Notes under the pieces: generated by a model
The model's database searches: none
Told to the model about the DNA's origin: nothing
Seen by the model: only the letters and a program-made list of their open reading frames with translations
Part shown: piece by piece, positions 16,899 through 26,244 of the stretch
Layout: the number at the start of each line of letters is the position of its first letter
How positions within the stretch are numbered: position 1 is the first letter of the stretch
DNA from: an uncultured Candidatus Saccharibacteria bacterium
GTDB taxonomy: Bacteria; Patescibacteriota; Saccharimonadia; Saccharimonadales; Saccharimonadaceae
DNA length: 64,000 nt
Assembly: GCA_946537195.1 (NCBI GenBank)
Contig: CAMNFE010000001.1
Coordinates: 4,435 to 68,434 of the forward strand
Direction of reading: 5' to 3'
Program-made: the position numbers and the translations under genes

Positions 16899-18434
16899 TT
16901 AGTTGCTACGGTTGTTCGAGTTTGGACAGTTTCTTTCGGCCGTAGGTGTTGTTACGACGCGAGTACCATCCCAGCGGCTCTCTTCAAAGTAACAGTTATT
17001 TGTAACATAGAAGTCTTTTTGAACCTTATCGTCTTTGTTGTCTGGGTCATTTACTGCCAAAGCATAGTTTGCAATTGGGAAGTAAGTATCAACCATCTCG
17101 ATGCGGGCCTGAACACGGCGGAAGAGGTCGTTCGCGCGGCCAGTCGAGTCAACGATAGGTTGAACGTTTGCGAAATCGATCGTAGTACAACCAGAGGTTT
17201 CGCCTGCAGCCTTGTCCTTATAAATCGTATCGCTGTCGCGATCACAACTGCGCATTTCTACGCTAACTTCCGTTTCTGGGTCACCATAAGGCAAGTTAAG
17301 AACGAGGAAGAAAGTGGTGTAGTTGCGTTTGTTGTGACTTCCATAGTTGATAGGCTTAGGAACGAAAATGTCTGCCGTACAAGCGTAGCCATTAGCTGTC
17401 TCGATATTATTAGCAGTGAAACAGCGGACATCGAGCGGCGTATTTTGCGATTTCATTGCGCTGGTAGCGAATGGACCACCTTTCTCCGAGAACCTTGAAC
17501 CGGCGATATGGTTTGAGTAGTTATTTTCCGATACGCCGTAAAGGCTTGCCGAAGTAGGACGGAACGTGATGGTGCCACGGTTGGTGCGACCGTCTTTGGC
17601 GGAATAGAACTGGCTCATCTTAAAGTTCTTGGCGGTTTGAATTAAGGTAGCTTGGATAACTGAAGGGACGGCTGGCTTATCGGTAAAAGTATTTTTATAA
17701 TCATCGTCGGTTTTTGCGGTGGTTGGCTGATCTTCCTTCATGAAGCTGTTGTTGTCGGTGATTTTGCCGTTCATTGTAGGAACGGATGTGTAACGATGCC
17801 ATAGAGAAGGATCGATGCTGCCAGATTGGTTCTTTGTCTTCTCAAGGTTCTCACGACTGAACCAGCTAATAACAAGGCGGTTGACTTTATCGGTCTCTTC
17901 CTCGCTAGACGTACGTAACGGAATAATCTTGGTTGGATAGTTTTTAGTAAGTGTGGTGAGGTAATTTCTATTCTTTTGGGAGACTTTTACGCAAGTATAT
18001 GCCTGGTCGAAGGCTTGCGCTGTGCTGGAGATGTCGCCACTATCGCTTTTGGTTTGGATAATCGTTTCGTGATTATCTCGGTTATATCCCAGAAGTTCGC
18101 TAACCTTATCGCAATCTTCTGCAGTTGCGTCTACATCAGTAGTGAAGGCTTTTACATACTTCTTACAGTCAATTGAGCTGTTATTAATAACAAGGTTATC
18201 CTTAGCGTTGTTTAAACAGGTCTGATAACGCATTAATACGATTTTGGCATCCTCAATGCCAGCGAGGGCTGAGTTATATGCCGACTGCGACAGACTATAG
18301 TTCGTAGTGCGGCTGGTCTCCGAGAGCATTAAACGAATAAAGCTCAATGAAATAATACTAAGAAGTGTTGCCGTAAATATCACCACATAAATTGCGGCTG
18401 CACCCTTCTTTGTTTCTTTTTGCGTTGTCGACAT
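16899..18434 (-). CDS. PilX/GspK-like minor pilus component (large, 511 aa)
   Basis: I chose the start at ATG 18434, which has a GGAGAAAGG RBS and lies 1 nt after the upstream stop. The N-terminus KKGAAAIYVVIFTATLLSIISLSFIRLML lacks Glu5 and is followed by SQSAYNSALAGIEDAK, as in PilX_N-type proteins. Confidence 0.55.
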   Translation of the reverse strand: MSTTQKETKKGAAAIYVVIFTATLLSIISLSFIRLMLSETSRTTNYSLSQSAYNSALAGIEDAKIVLMRYQTCLNNAKDNLVINNSSIDCKKYVKAFTTDVDATAEDCDKVSELLGYNRDNHETIIQTKSDSGDISSTAQAFDQAYTCVKVSQKNRNYLTTLTKNYPTKIIPLRTSSEEETDKVNRLVISWFSRENLEKTKNQSGSIDPSLWHRYTSVPTMNGKITDNNSFMKEDQPTTAKTDDDYKNTFTDKPAVPSVIQATLIQTAKNFKMSQFYSAKDGRTNRGTITFRPTSASLYGVSENNYSNHIAGSRFSEKGGPFATSAMKSQNTPLDVRCFTANNIETANGYACTADIFVPKPINYGSHNKRNYTTFFLVLNLPYGDPETEVSVEMRSCDRDSDTIYKDKAAGETSGCTTIDFANVQPIVDSTGRANDLFRRVQARIEMVDTYFPIANYALAVNDPDNKDDKVQKDFYVTNNCYFEESRWDGTRVVTTPTAERNCPNSNNRSN

Positions 18435-18435
18435 A

Positions 18436-19305
18436 TTACCTTTCTCCATATTGGCTTGCGTCGCGCGATTCTCCCGTTGCGCGTACGGCAAAATTAAATT
18501 TATTAACAGCACAGTAATTAAAATCTTGGTTCGTAGCTTCGACAGAGGCGCTATACATCTGTTCTGTACCAGTACAGAAGTCGCCGTTCGAAAGAATATT
18601 AACACCTCCGCGCATCGTAGCTAAAATGAATGATCCGGAATAGAATATTTGGCCGGTAACATCATTCTGAGTAGCTGGAAGCACGACCATATCGTAAATA
18701 GCAAGATCAGTGTCGTCGTCCGCAATCAAGCTAACAACGCCATTGGCTGGAGTGTAAGTGAAATGAGTAGTCTTGAGCGTATTGCTATCCTCGTTCTGAC
18801 GCTCGCAGGCGACACGGTCGTTATCTGGGAAACGAGCAAATTTATATACAGTACCATTAATAGTGAAGGCATTATTTGTAACACCAGTTTCACGATATTC
18901 TGCAATAGTTGGAGCGGTATTCCAAACATAGGAATACATACCCGTACAGAATACACCACCAGTTTGAACGGTATTACCATTCGAATTAGTCGTGACGCGC
19001 GCAACTTCATTATAATAATTGCGCCATGCTTTTTTGATATCTGCAGCAGTAATTTGAGTTGAGTTTTGTTGCGCTTTTGGATTTACCTTTTCAACAATAG
19101 GCGAACCGCCTACTACGCGAGACAAGTCGTTGAGAATATCTCGACCAGTAGCATTGACTGCGCGAAGAGCCAAGCCTTTACGATAAATTTCCAAGACGCG
19201 CATCGTAAGAGTAGCGATACCCATCAATAATACTGCTAGGAATGTCATAGCGAGCATGAATTCGATAATAGTAAAGGCCTTCTTCTGTTGTTTCTGTTTT
19301 TTCAT
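18436..19305 (-). CDS. prepilin-type N-terminal domain pseudopilin (289 aa)
   Basis: MKKQKQQKKA/FTIIEFMLAMTFLAVLL: class III signal with Glu+5, but Ala at -1. GGAGG RBS. TAATG overlap with the upstream gene. Confidence 0.65.
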   Translation of the reverse strand: MKKQKQQKKAFTIIEFMLAMTFLAVLLMGIATLTMRVLEIYRKGLALRAVNATGRDILNDLSRVVGGSPIVEKVNPKAQQNSTQITAADIKKAWRNYYNEVARVTTNSNGNTVQTGGVFCTGMYSYVWNTAPTIAEYRETGVTNNAFTINGTVYKFARFPDNDRVACERQNEDSNTLKTTHFTYTPANGVVSLIADDDTDLAIYDMVVLPATQNDVTGQIFYSGSFILATMRGGVNILSNGDFCTGTEQMYSASVEATNQDFNYCAVNKFNFAVRATGESRDASQYGER

Positions 19306-20150
19306 TACTCAATTACCTCCGGATTGTATAAACGGATAATCGTGGTAATAGTGCTTGGCGCAATCGCTCCAACGCTGTGCCAGCAGGTACGAATATAGAA
19401 ATCAAAATAGTTCGAACGCATTGGATGTTGGTTATTGTCGCCAACAACGATAACGAATATACCTTCGGCATGATCGATAAGATTATAGATTTTCTTCTCT
19501 GCTAAAGAAGTCTCACTACTATCGGCACCTCGTGTGTCGCCTTGAATTTGACGCTTCAAGAGATCGTCGTCGTCGCTTAATCTGGATTCTTTGTAGACAA
19601 TGCGCGGGTAAACGATTGCAGGGCGAAGCACGTTGTTATTTATATGATCTTCGTCCAGTTCCCTAACGCCAACGATAATTTCCGAAATCATCGTAGTGTA
19701 AGAATCGTCACCGTAGCTAGTGTTAGAATCTGGAAGAATGAGGCGGGTATTAAGTGCGAAAGCATCGAACTGGCCTACCATACCATTATTGCGGTAGGCT
19801 TCTTCACAAGATGAGAGATGGTTGATATCAAACTTTGTTTCAACCGTGTTGCGCTCATTGTCATCGATAGTGTTAGCCTCTTGCGCAATCCCACGTAAAG
19901 CATCCCATAGTTGACGGAATTGGCTAGACTCTTTGTCTAGCTGACGTTCAGCGACGTAGCTCTGATGAATATAGCGGATAGCTTCAGCTTGGCCATCTAT
20001 CTCATTGCGCGCCATAGTATATTCAAGTGTACGTTGAGCATTATTTATACCGCTATTCATGAGATTAATTGTAATAATGGCAAGAACAGCAAAAATTGCA
20101 ACCGCCATCATTACCTCAATAATAGTGTCGCCGTGCTTTTTTAGTCGCAT
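19305..20150 (-). CDS. prepilin-type N-terminal domain pseudopilin (281 aa)
   Basis: MRLKKHG/DTIIEVMMAVAIFAVLAI: Gly-1 and Glu+5, but Asp at +1. AGGAG RBS. 10-nt overlap with the upstream gene. Confidence 0.6.
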   Translation of the reverse strand: MRLKKHGDTIIEVMMAVAIFAVLAIITINLMNSGINNAQRTLEYTMARNEIDGQAEAIRYIHQSYVAERQLDKESSQFRQLWDALRGIAQEANTIDDNERNTVETKFDINHLSSCEEAYRNNGMVGQFDAFALNTRLILPDSNTSYGDDSYTTMISEIIVGVRELDEDHINNNVLRPAIVYPRIVYKESRLSDDDDLLKRQIQGDTRGADSSETSLAEKKIYNLIDHAEGIFVIVVGDNNQHPMRSNYFDFYIRTCWHSVGAIAPSTITTIIRLYNPEVIE

Positions 20151-21160
20151 GATCTTACTCCTGAGTTTTCACCCTCACTTGCATCCTTAGCGATATCTAA
20201 GTTCATCAATTCTACGCCGCTCTGACTCATGGCGTTTCTTTTGATTTTTACCATACGACGAGCATTATTATAAGTTTGCGCATCACCAGAATCGACGCAA
20301 ATGTTCAGCTCAACTGATTGAAAATTAGCTTCAGTTAGATACCTATTAACGCCAAGATTATCAAGCGTGTTGCTATCTGTATATTTGACGCCACGGCCAT
20401 TATTTTCTTTATTAATATCTTCATACTTGATTAATTGCTCTGAACCATTCCTTAATCCTTTAATACCACCATTGTAAACATATGTGCGAATAGAACCGTC
20501 TCTTGGCGAGCGGAAAATTATCATTGTTTTCTCAATCGGAGTCCTGTCAACATTCTGCAATTTAGTCCCCCACTTGGTTTTCTGAATACGAGAATTATCA
20601 CCCGAGCGAACATAGCAGTTGCTGTCGCTACCAGGATCGCAGTGGAGAGATACGTTGTTTGCGTTTACTACGTCATGTAAAATAGCGATATCACTAAGAT
20701 TAGTGCTGACTGGGTCGCCCGCTTTTGCTCTTTGGCGAACAATTGTTTCGTAATCTCTTCCGAGGAGTTCGGTGGTTTCGATATATTCCTCATTGACGGA
20801 AACAACGGCGCCATAAACTACACAGTTTGTGCGACCGCGATACGATATACTATCAGGAGTTGTATTCATTTGACCCTTATAGTACGCTACAGCATCATCG
20901 TTTCCGATATCATTACCAACTAAGCCATAGCAATTTGACTCTTTGCTGTTCCGCTGAGAAATCTGCGTATCGGACACAAAAGAATACTGATCACGCATCA
21001 TGCTTACTATATCTTGGACGGCATCATTATAACGCTGCCTGGATATATTATCGCCAAGGCCACCAAGAACGCCAACCAGCAAAAGACCGCTGAGCGCCAA
21101 AAATAGCATTACTTCAATAATTGTGAAGCCCTTACGGAAAGCTCCCTTATTATTCGCCAT
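20141..21160 (-). CDS. prepilin-type N-terminal domain pseudopilin (339 aa from M8)
   Basis: MANNKGAFRKG/FTIIEVMLFLALSGLLL is a canonical G/FTxxE site. I chose the start at 21160 because TATAAT lies 6 nt upstream. Confidence 0.7.
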   Translation of the reverse strand: MANNKGAFRKGFTIIEVMLFLALSGLLLVGVLGGLGDNISRQRYNDAVQDIVSMMRDQYSFVSDTQISQRNSKESNCYGLVGNDIGNDDAVAYYKGQMNTTPDSISYRGRTNCVVYGAVVSVNEEYIETTELLGRDYETIVRQRAKAGDPVSTNLSDIAILHDVVNANNVSLHCDPGSDSNCYVRSGDNSRIQKTKWGTKLQNVDRTPIEKTMIIFRSPRDGSIRTYVYNGGIKGLRNGSEQLIKYEDINKENNGRGVKYTDSNTLDNLGVNRYLTEANFQSVELNICVDSGDAQTYNNARRMVKIKRNAMSQSGVELMNLDIAKDASEGENSGVRSCD

Positions 21161-21166
21161 AGTTTT

Positions 21167-21172
21167 ATTATA
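21167..21172 (-). promoter_or_regulatory. -10 hexamer TATAAT, leaderless start of the pseudopilin sub-operon
   Basis: TATAAT-aaaact-ATG(21160). It lies inside the longer ORF-track start. Confidence 0.4.
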
Positions 21173-21220
21173 CATTATCATAAGCGTTTTTGCGATTATT
21201 TTAGTGCTTTTTTGAAGCTA

Positions 21221-24200
21221 TTAATATCTTGACGGCAACTCTTTAGTATAGGTTGTAATAGCTTGATTGTAGCGACTCATCTGGTTAAAAGTCCAAAGAT
21301 AAGTATCCATGCCCATATCAAATATTTCGGCGCGCACAATAGAGTTATTTCCACTGCCGGCACCGGCCGTGCGATGTAATGTTAGCTTCTTAGTTATAGC
21401 TGGGCCATTGAAAATTAGAGAGCTATTACAATGATTGGCGTCTAGAGTGCCGATACTGGTCATTACGCCATTCTGGAAGGAGCTAAAGCTATCGTAAGCG
21501 CAGGTGTTAAGTTCATCAGTTATAATAATGGCGTCTATGCGCGTAACTTTATTGGTAATAAATACCTTATCAGCTATAATGATGTTTTTCCTGGCTTGAG
21601 CTAGACGATCCAGAGTAGGATCGGCATCGAACGATCCGTTCCTAGCGTCTCCGACAATAATGTTCTCATCAATTACAAAAGTACCCTTAACGTCATAGAC
21701 CTCCGTCATATCTACGAGAGAATCATCGAGGTTTTGACTCCCAAGGCGACTAGTATTATTGGCTGCCGAACCTGAACCGAGATAGGCATTTCCGATTACT
21801 TTGTGATGGATGATATTGTTCGAATCTCTATTGTTGTTTAACAAGTTCGGCAAATAGGCATACTTTTTGCCGCCTGCAAGAATACAATGAGTTGTAGAAT
21901 TGCCGAATGTACTACAAGACGATTCAGGCATAGCGCCAGTACTGGTCGCCGTGATTTCTCCTGAGGTATAACGAGTCCTGATACGATCAGCAAATTGCGA
22001 TACGGTCTTTTTACCCACTTCCCCTTCTCCGACGTTATCGCTCGAGCAGTTAGCGTTTGCCAATGTTTGCGTAGAGAAAGAACAAGTACTACTAGTATTA
22101 CTTGGGGTAGCAACTTTATTGATTTCATTGTTAAAACGAGGGCTATTGACGGTTATACCCGTGTTCCCAGTTTGGTAGCCGAAAGTGGCACCAGAGGCAA
22201 AAGCATGCGCCCCCTGCGTGTTCACTTTACCGAAGACACCATATTCAGACCATGAACCAAATGTGAATTTGCCAGTCGCGAGCTCTTTGGAGGTTGTTGT
22301 TGTAACAAAACCTTCAGCATTACCAGAAAATGCGTTTGAGCCTTCAACGCTAAATGTCGGGCGCTTCGCAACTGTATTACAGGTTAACGCAACCTTTTTA
22401 CTGCTACCTTCGTTGGCTTTAAGGGCAACATCATTCGCACCGGCGCCAGTAACGGATTCCATATCATATGCATCGTGGCTATCTGCAGGACTGACCGAGA
22501 TACGCGCGCAAACACGTGTGCCGATAGGTAAGGTATCTGGGACGGGTATATCAAAGCTAACGTGATCGCTGCCGGCTTCGGCAAGCTTCTTATTGTCCCT
22601 GCTGACCGTTCCTTTCGTGTTACCAGTTTGGTTTAGGACACCGTCATAACTTCCAGAACTAATCGGAGTATTGCCAAATTCGTTTCCGGCCAAGTCGCGA
22701 TAGAAGTATTCTACTCTTATCTTTGTTTTCTTCGTAATGGTCGCATAAGTATTAGACGAATCATCGTTACTAATTGCAGTATTCTTACGAGGCGTGACAT
22801 AAACTTTAGTCGAAACTGGCATTTTACTGCCGCCGTAAACTACGTGTGATCCGGCTTCGCTATAAATTGCTGGTTGAGCTTTGTAGTTAAATGGTATTTT
22901 AACACTAGCTTTAGCGGTATACTGAGGATTTTGAGCGTAAGTTCCGTTAGGGACTCGATTGACTATCTTGAGATTATTCCATTGGATACTTTGTGTAATT
23001 GTCGCCCCAACATCTGACGTCTTGCTCGTAAAGTCCACTGAACGACAGTCGTTTGAGCTAGTTGAACCAGCAATTTGATAATGATTATCTTTAAAAGTTG
23101 AGGCGTTCGGAATATTCTTACAACTATACGAATCCTTACTATGTTCAGTGCGATTAGTTGTAGTTATCGAGGCGACCGACGGAGATAAAGCATTTAATAC
23201 TACGTTGTTATTGGTTGGGAATCCACTAGTGCCAGTGCTCCACCAAGTTCTATTGTCGGAATATTTACGCGGTTGTCCTGCAGCAGAGGTAATATTTGGA
23301 ACGCTTGCGCCGAAGAGATATCCACTTGAAGCAGGGTTCCTCTCGCCCTTAGCATAGTAACGGCTTTTATAGGTTGTATTATTGAGCGAAGAAGTGTTAT
23401 TAACAGTATATTGCGCACCAGCACAGCCTTGGTAGCTAAAACGAATCGAATCACCAGGGCGTGCCCAGGTGTCGGCCGCACTAACCGTGTGACCAGCAGC
23501 CGAACTTAAAGTGTTAGCGTTAGTTGGACTATATTTATAGCTATCTACGCCATTTACGGATGCATTGGAGGCACCGATGCGTGCGATATTTTGGCCATTA
23601 AGAATGCCATATTTATACTCTGTTGCTAGCGCACAGGTTAATGGTTTTCTTTTAATCTTAATACAGGCTTTTGAATTCTCGTTGGTAGAAGTTACGCCAG
23701 TATCTGCATAGTATTTATCTGGATGCTGCAGATTCTCGCAAACAGTAGTAGATTCCTCTGGCATCAATTTAATCGTATAAGTGGTTGCCGGAACATTGAC
23801 CGAAGCGGCATTAACGTTAACGGTCGGCGTACGATTCCCTGCTCCGCCACTAGATACGCCACCGCTATTAGAGAACGTAATTCTCGGACGGAAAGAAAAG
23901 TTCTGCGAAACGCCACGACGGCGAATCGTATGATTGAAGGTGACTGAAGTGTCTCGACTATCAACCATTACATATTGGTTGTTATTAATCGTAAGTGTAC
24001 CGTCCCAATCTGAAGTGCCTTCATAAACTGTCCCATTTACTGTCGCTGAGGTTTTGCTCCTTGAATCGATTAGGCTTGGACGATAGACCTTAGCGCAGAC
24101 TTTAGGTCCTTTATGTTCGGAACTATCCGTCCAACCATGGCCGTTGGTGAGATTTTTATAACCAATTTGTTCGCAATACTCTGCTCCATTTTCTGCATCA

Positions 24201-25267
24201 TCTGGAATTTTGAAATTGCGAATAATAAAACCGTTCGAGTTAAAGTCGCCACCTGCGTTACCGAAACGATTAACGCCATCAACTTTTTTAATACTAGCTT
24301 TGCCATTCCTACAAGCGTTACCAAAGTTTGGCGCTGCGCTAGTTCTGGCGGTTCCACCGTTATTGTAGAAAGTTGTCGTACAACGACTATCATTCGTCCA
24401 GTCATTTAAATTAGTGTAATAATGCTTGAATGTTACCGTTTCTCCAGGATGAGCATTCACGCTGACTTTGGCCTGAGTTGTATTGTAGGCCGTTTCGGAA
24501 CCATTGCGAGTCTTGTTTTTAATTGTGCTACGCGGAGTAATGCTTGGGCGATCGGCCTGGATTAGGAATTTCAGCTTCGACCAACCACATCCACTACCGT
24601 TATAACAACGTCGGACCCAAATTGCACCTTCGCGATATGTTCCTTTATCTACCAGATTATTAGCACCATAGGCTTCGATATACTTCTCCATCTTAACTTC
24701 GATCTGAGCGGTACCAACTGGCTTTGAAAAGCCGCCGCCGAAGCTACTACTCCATGAACCATTTGTTCGTTTAAAATAATGCCCCCAGCCATTACTAGTC
24801 TCCCAGCCACCTTTATATTTGAAAATGTCCGTCTGCGTACTGCCGCAACCGTTATAGGTACAGATTCTGACATTGGTCGCATAAACCGCAGCGGCAGGCT
24901 GATGAATTTGCCCCTGCATGCCAATTTTAATCGTGCCCGTAGCTGGTGCAAAATAATTTAGGTAAAGTTCATATTTACTGCCGTTGTTTGTAGACTTATA
25001 GCCTTTGCCATCTGAATAGAGGCCGGTTATATAGTAAATACCACGCTGAGAACCGCCACAGGCCCAGACTGGGTTTGCATGCTGAGGATAAGAGCCAGGA
25101 TAGTCGATCTCGCCGAACTTTTTATATGCTGTTTTTGGAGAATTCGGGATAAAAGTATTGTTGGCGTTACTGATACAGTCTGCATAAGTGTCTTGGCCAT
25201 TGATACCAAAAACCAAGAGCGCAGCGGCAACGATAAAGCCAAATATAAAGATTTTTTTAATTTTCAT
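21221..25267 (-). CDS. giant secreted protein (1348 aa), paralog of 26245-30522; unknown family
   Basis: Signal peptide MKIKKIFIFGFIVAAALLVFGINGQDTYA and no other TM helix. Composition is rich in N/T/S/G/Y/C. GGGAGAAGG RBS, 3 nt after the upstream stop. Blocks shared with the paralog include ARPGDSIRFSYQGCAGAQY, YATITKKT, ASVKIPFNYK, VCARISVSPADSHD, SVEGSNAFSG, FGSWSEYG, SGATFGYQTG and a terminal ELPSRY. Confidence 0.85.
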   Translation of the reverse strand: MKIKKIFIFGFIVAAALLVFGINGQDTYADCISNANNTFIPNSPKTAYKKFGEIDYPGSYPQHANPVWACGGSQRGIYYITGLYSDGKGYKSTNNGSKYELYLNYFAPATGTIKIGMQGQIHQPAAAVYATNVRICTYNGCGSTQTDIFKYKGGWETSNGWGHYFKRTNGSWSSSFGGGFSKPVGTAQIEVKMEKYIEAYGANNLVDKGTYREGAIWVRRCYNGSGCGWSKLKFLIQADRPSITPRSTIKNKTRNGSETAYNTTQAKVSVNAHPGETVTFKHYYTNLNDWTNDSRCTTTFYNNGGTARTSAAPNFGNACRNGKASIKKVDGVNRFGNAGGDFNSNGFIIRNFKIPDDAENGAEYCEQIGYKNLTNGHGWTDSSEHKGPKVCAKVYRPSLIDSRSKTSATVNGTVYEGTSDWDGTLTINNNQYVMVDSRDTSVTFNHTIRRRGVSQNFSFRPRITFSNSGGVSSGGAGNRTPTVNVNAASVNVPATTYTIKLMPEESTTVCENLQHPDKYYADTGVTSTNENSKACIKIKRKPLTCALATEYKYGILNGQNIARIGASNASVNGVDSYKYSPTNANTLSSAAGHTVSAADTWARPGDSIRFSYQGCAGAQYTVNNTSSLNNTTYKSRYYAKGERNPASSGYLFGASVPNITSAAGQPRKYSDNRTWWSTGTSGFPTNNNVVLNALSPSVASITTTNRTEHSKDSYSCKNIPNASTFKDNHYQIAGSTSSNDCRSVDFTSKTSDVGATITQSIQWNNLKIVNRVPNGTYAQNPQYTAKASVKIPFNYKAQPAIYSEAGSHVVYGGSKMPVSTKVYVTPRKNTAISNDDSSNTYATITKKTKIRVEYFYRDLAGNEFGNTPISSGSYDGVLNQTGNTKGTVSRDNKKLAEAGSDHVSFDIPVPDTLPIGTRVCARISVSPADSHDAYDMESVTGAGANDVALKANEGSSKKVALTCNTVAKRPTFSVEGSNAFSGNAEGFVTTTTSKELATGKFTFGSWSEYGVFGKVNTQGAHAFASGATFGYQTGNTGITVNSPRFNNEINKVATPSNTSSTCSFSTQTLANANCSSDNVGEGEVGKKTVSQFADRIRTRYTSGEITATSTGAMPESSCSTFGNSTTHCILAGGKKYAYLPNLLNNNRDSNNIIHHKVIGNAYLGSGSAANNTSRLGSQNLDDSLVDMTEVYDVKGTFVIDENIIVGDARNGSFDADPTLDRLAQARKNIIIADKVFITNKVTRIDAIIITDELNTCAYDSFSSFQNGVMTSIGTLDANHCNSSLIFNGPAITKKLTLHRTAGAGSGNNSIVRAEIFDMGMDTYLWTFNQMSRYNQAITTYTKELPSRY

Positions 25268-25269
25268 TA

Positions 25270-26202
25270 CTAGCCTTCTCCCTGCGTCGATTCTATTTCT
25301 TCCGATAATCTTTGGTCAAAAATGGTTTTATATTCATCAGCTTTCTCTTTATTGCCATTTTTCTTTTCTAGCTTATAAATAGTCTCCGCCGAAAGCGAAT
25401 TAGGATGCATACTTTCGGCTTTATACGCATCTGATATAGCTTGATCAAGTTCAGCTTTACCAGAGAAATTTTCATCGATAGCGATTGCGCGCTGTAGATA
25501 TAGAGCGGCTTTAGCTTCATCGGTTTTACTATTAGCAATCAGGTCATCATATATGGCCATGCCACCCGCATAATCGCCTTCTATAAATTTATTATTAGCA
25601 TTATCGCTATCTAATAAAGCCTGAAATACTTTTTCGTTATAAACCTCGTTGTTATGTTCCTTGTTGGCCATGGTTATTTTTTGAATTAGGAAAAAAGCAC
25701 CAATACCGATGAGGATAAGAGCAATTACACCAATCACAACACCACGACGAATAATATCGCGATTATCACGAATATCAAAAGCAAACTGTTCGCGCTTCTG
25801 ACGTCTTTCTTCACGTCGCTCTGAACGCTTTTGCCGTGAAGCTTCTTTTTGCTCGGCGCGCTTTTCATTTTCAAGTTTTTTAGCCGCTAAACGCTCTGCT
25901 TCGGCTTTACGACGTTCTTCTTCGCGTTTGCGCTTCTCGGCACCTTTGACGTTAACAAAAAGACTCTTGCCGTCTTTGCTCTCTATCTTGCTTGAATGAA
26001 ATTTAATATCTTCTTTGCTGATAGGGACGCCATCAATCTCAACGGTCTCACGTTTTTTACGAACTTCTTCTTCCTTGTTCGCCTGATTGTCCACGTGCTC
26101 ATCCGATGCACTCTTAATATTAGGCGACGAAAAACTAGCTTCGCTTGTGTTTTCTTCTTTCTTGCCCACCTCTCGTGAAGGCCCTGCGTCATTAACGCTC
26201 AT
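25270..26202 (-). CDS. single-pass membrane protein (310 aa): acidic N-terminus, K/E/R-rich charged helix, TM helix, TPR-like C-terminal domain; paralog of 30512-31573
   Basis: Shared motifs are SPNIKSA[SA]DE, ETVEIDG[VI]PI..EDI.F and LFVNV.GAEKR. TM helix VVIGVIALILIGIGAFFLI. Confidence 0.7.
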   Translation of the reverse strand: MSVNDAGPSREVGKKEENTSEASFSSPNIKSASDEHVDNQANKEEEVRKKRETVEIDGVPISKEDIKFHSSKIESKDGKSLFVNVKGAEKRKREEERRKAEAERLAAKKLENEKRAEQKEASRQKRSERREERRQKREQFAFDIRDNRDIIRRGVVIGVIALILIGIGAFFLIQKITMANKEHNNEVYNEKVFQALLDSDNANNKFIEGDYAGGMAIYDDLIANSKTDEAKAALYLQRAIAIDENFSGKAELDQAISDAYKAESMHPNSLSAETIYKLEKKNGNKEKADEYKTIFDQRLSEEIESTQGEG

Positions 26203-26208
26203 GCTAAT

Positions 26209-26217
26209 ATTTTAGCA
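26209..26217 (-). promoter_or_regulatory. extended -10 promoter (TGCTAAAAT), leaderless start of cassette 2
   Basis: TGCTAAAAT-attagc-ATG(26202), the same architecture as at 31580-31588. Confidence 0.55.
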
Positions 26218-26244
26218 CGAATTGGGCCTTCTTTTCGATAGTTA

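Noticed and set aside
18435-18605. The ORF-track N-terminal extensions at 16899-18605, 9082-9114, 42632-42670, 20141-21181 and 55835-56851.
   Set aside because: These extensions overlap upstream genes, terminators or -10 boxes. Downstream in-frame starts carry proper RBS or leaderless promoter signals and give sensible signal peptides or prepilin leaders.
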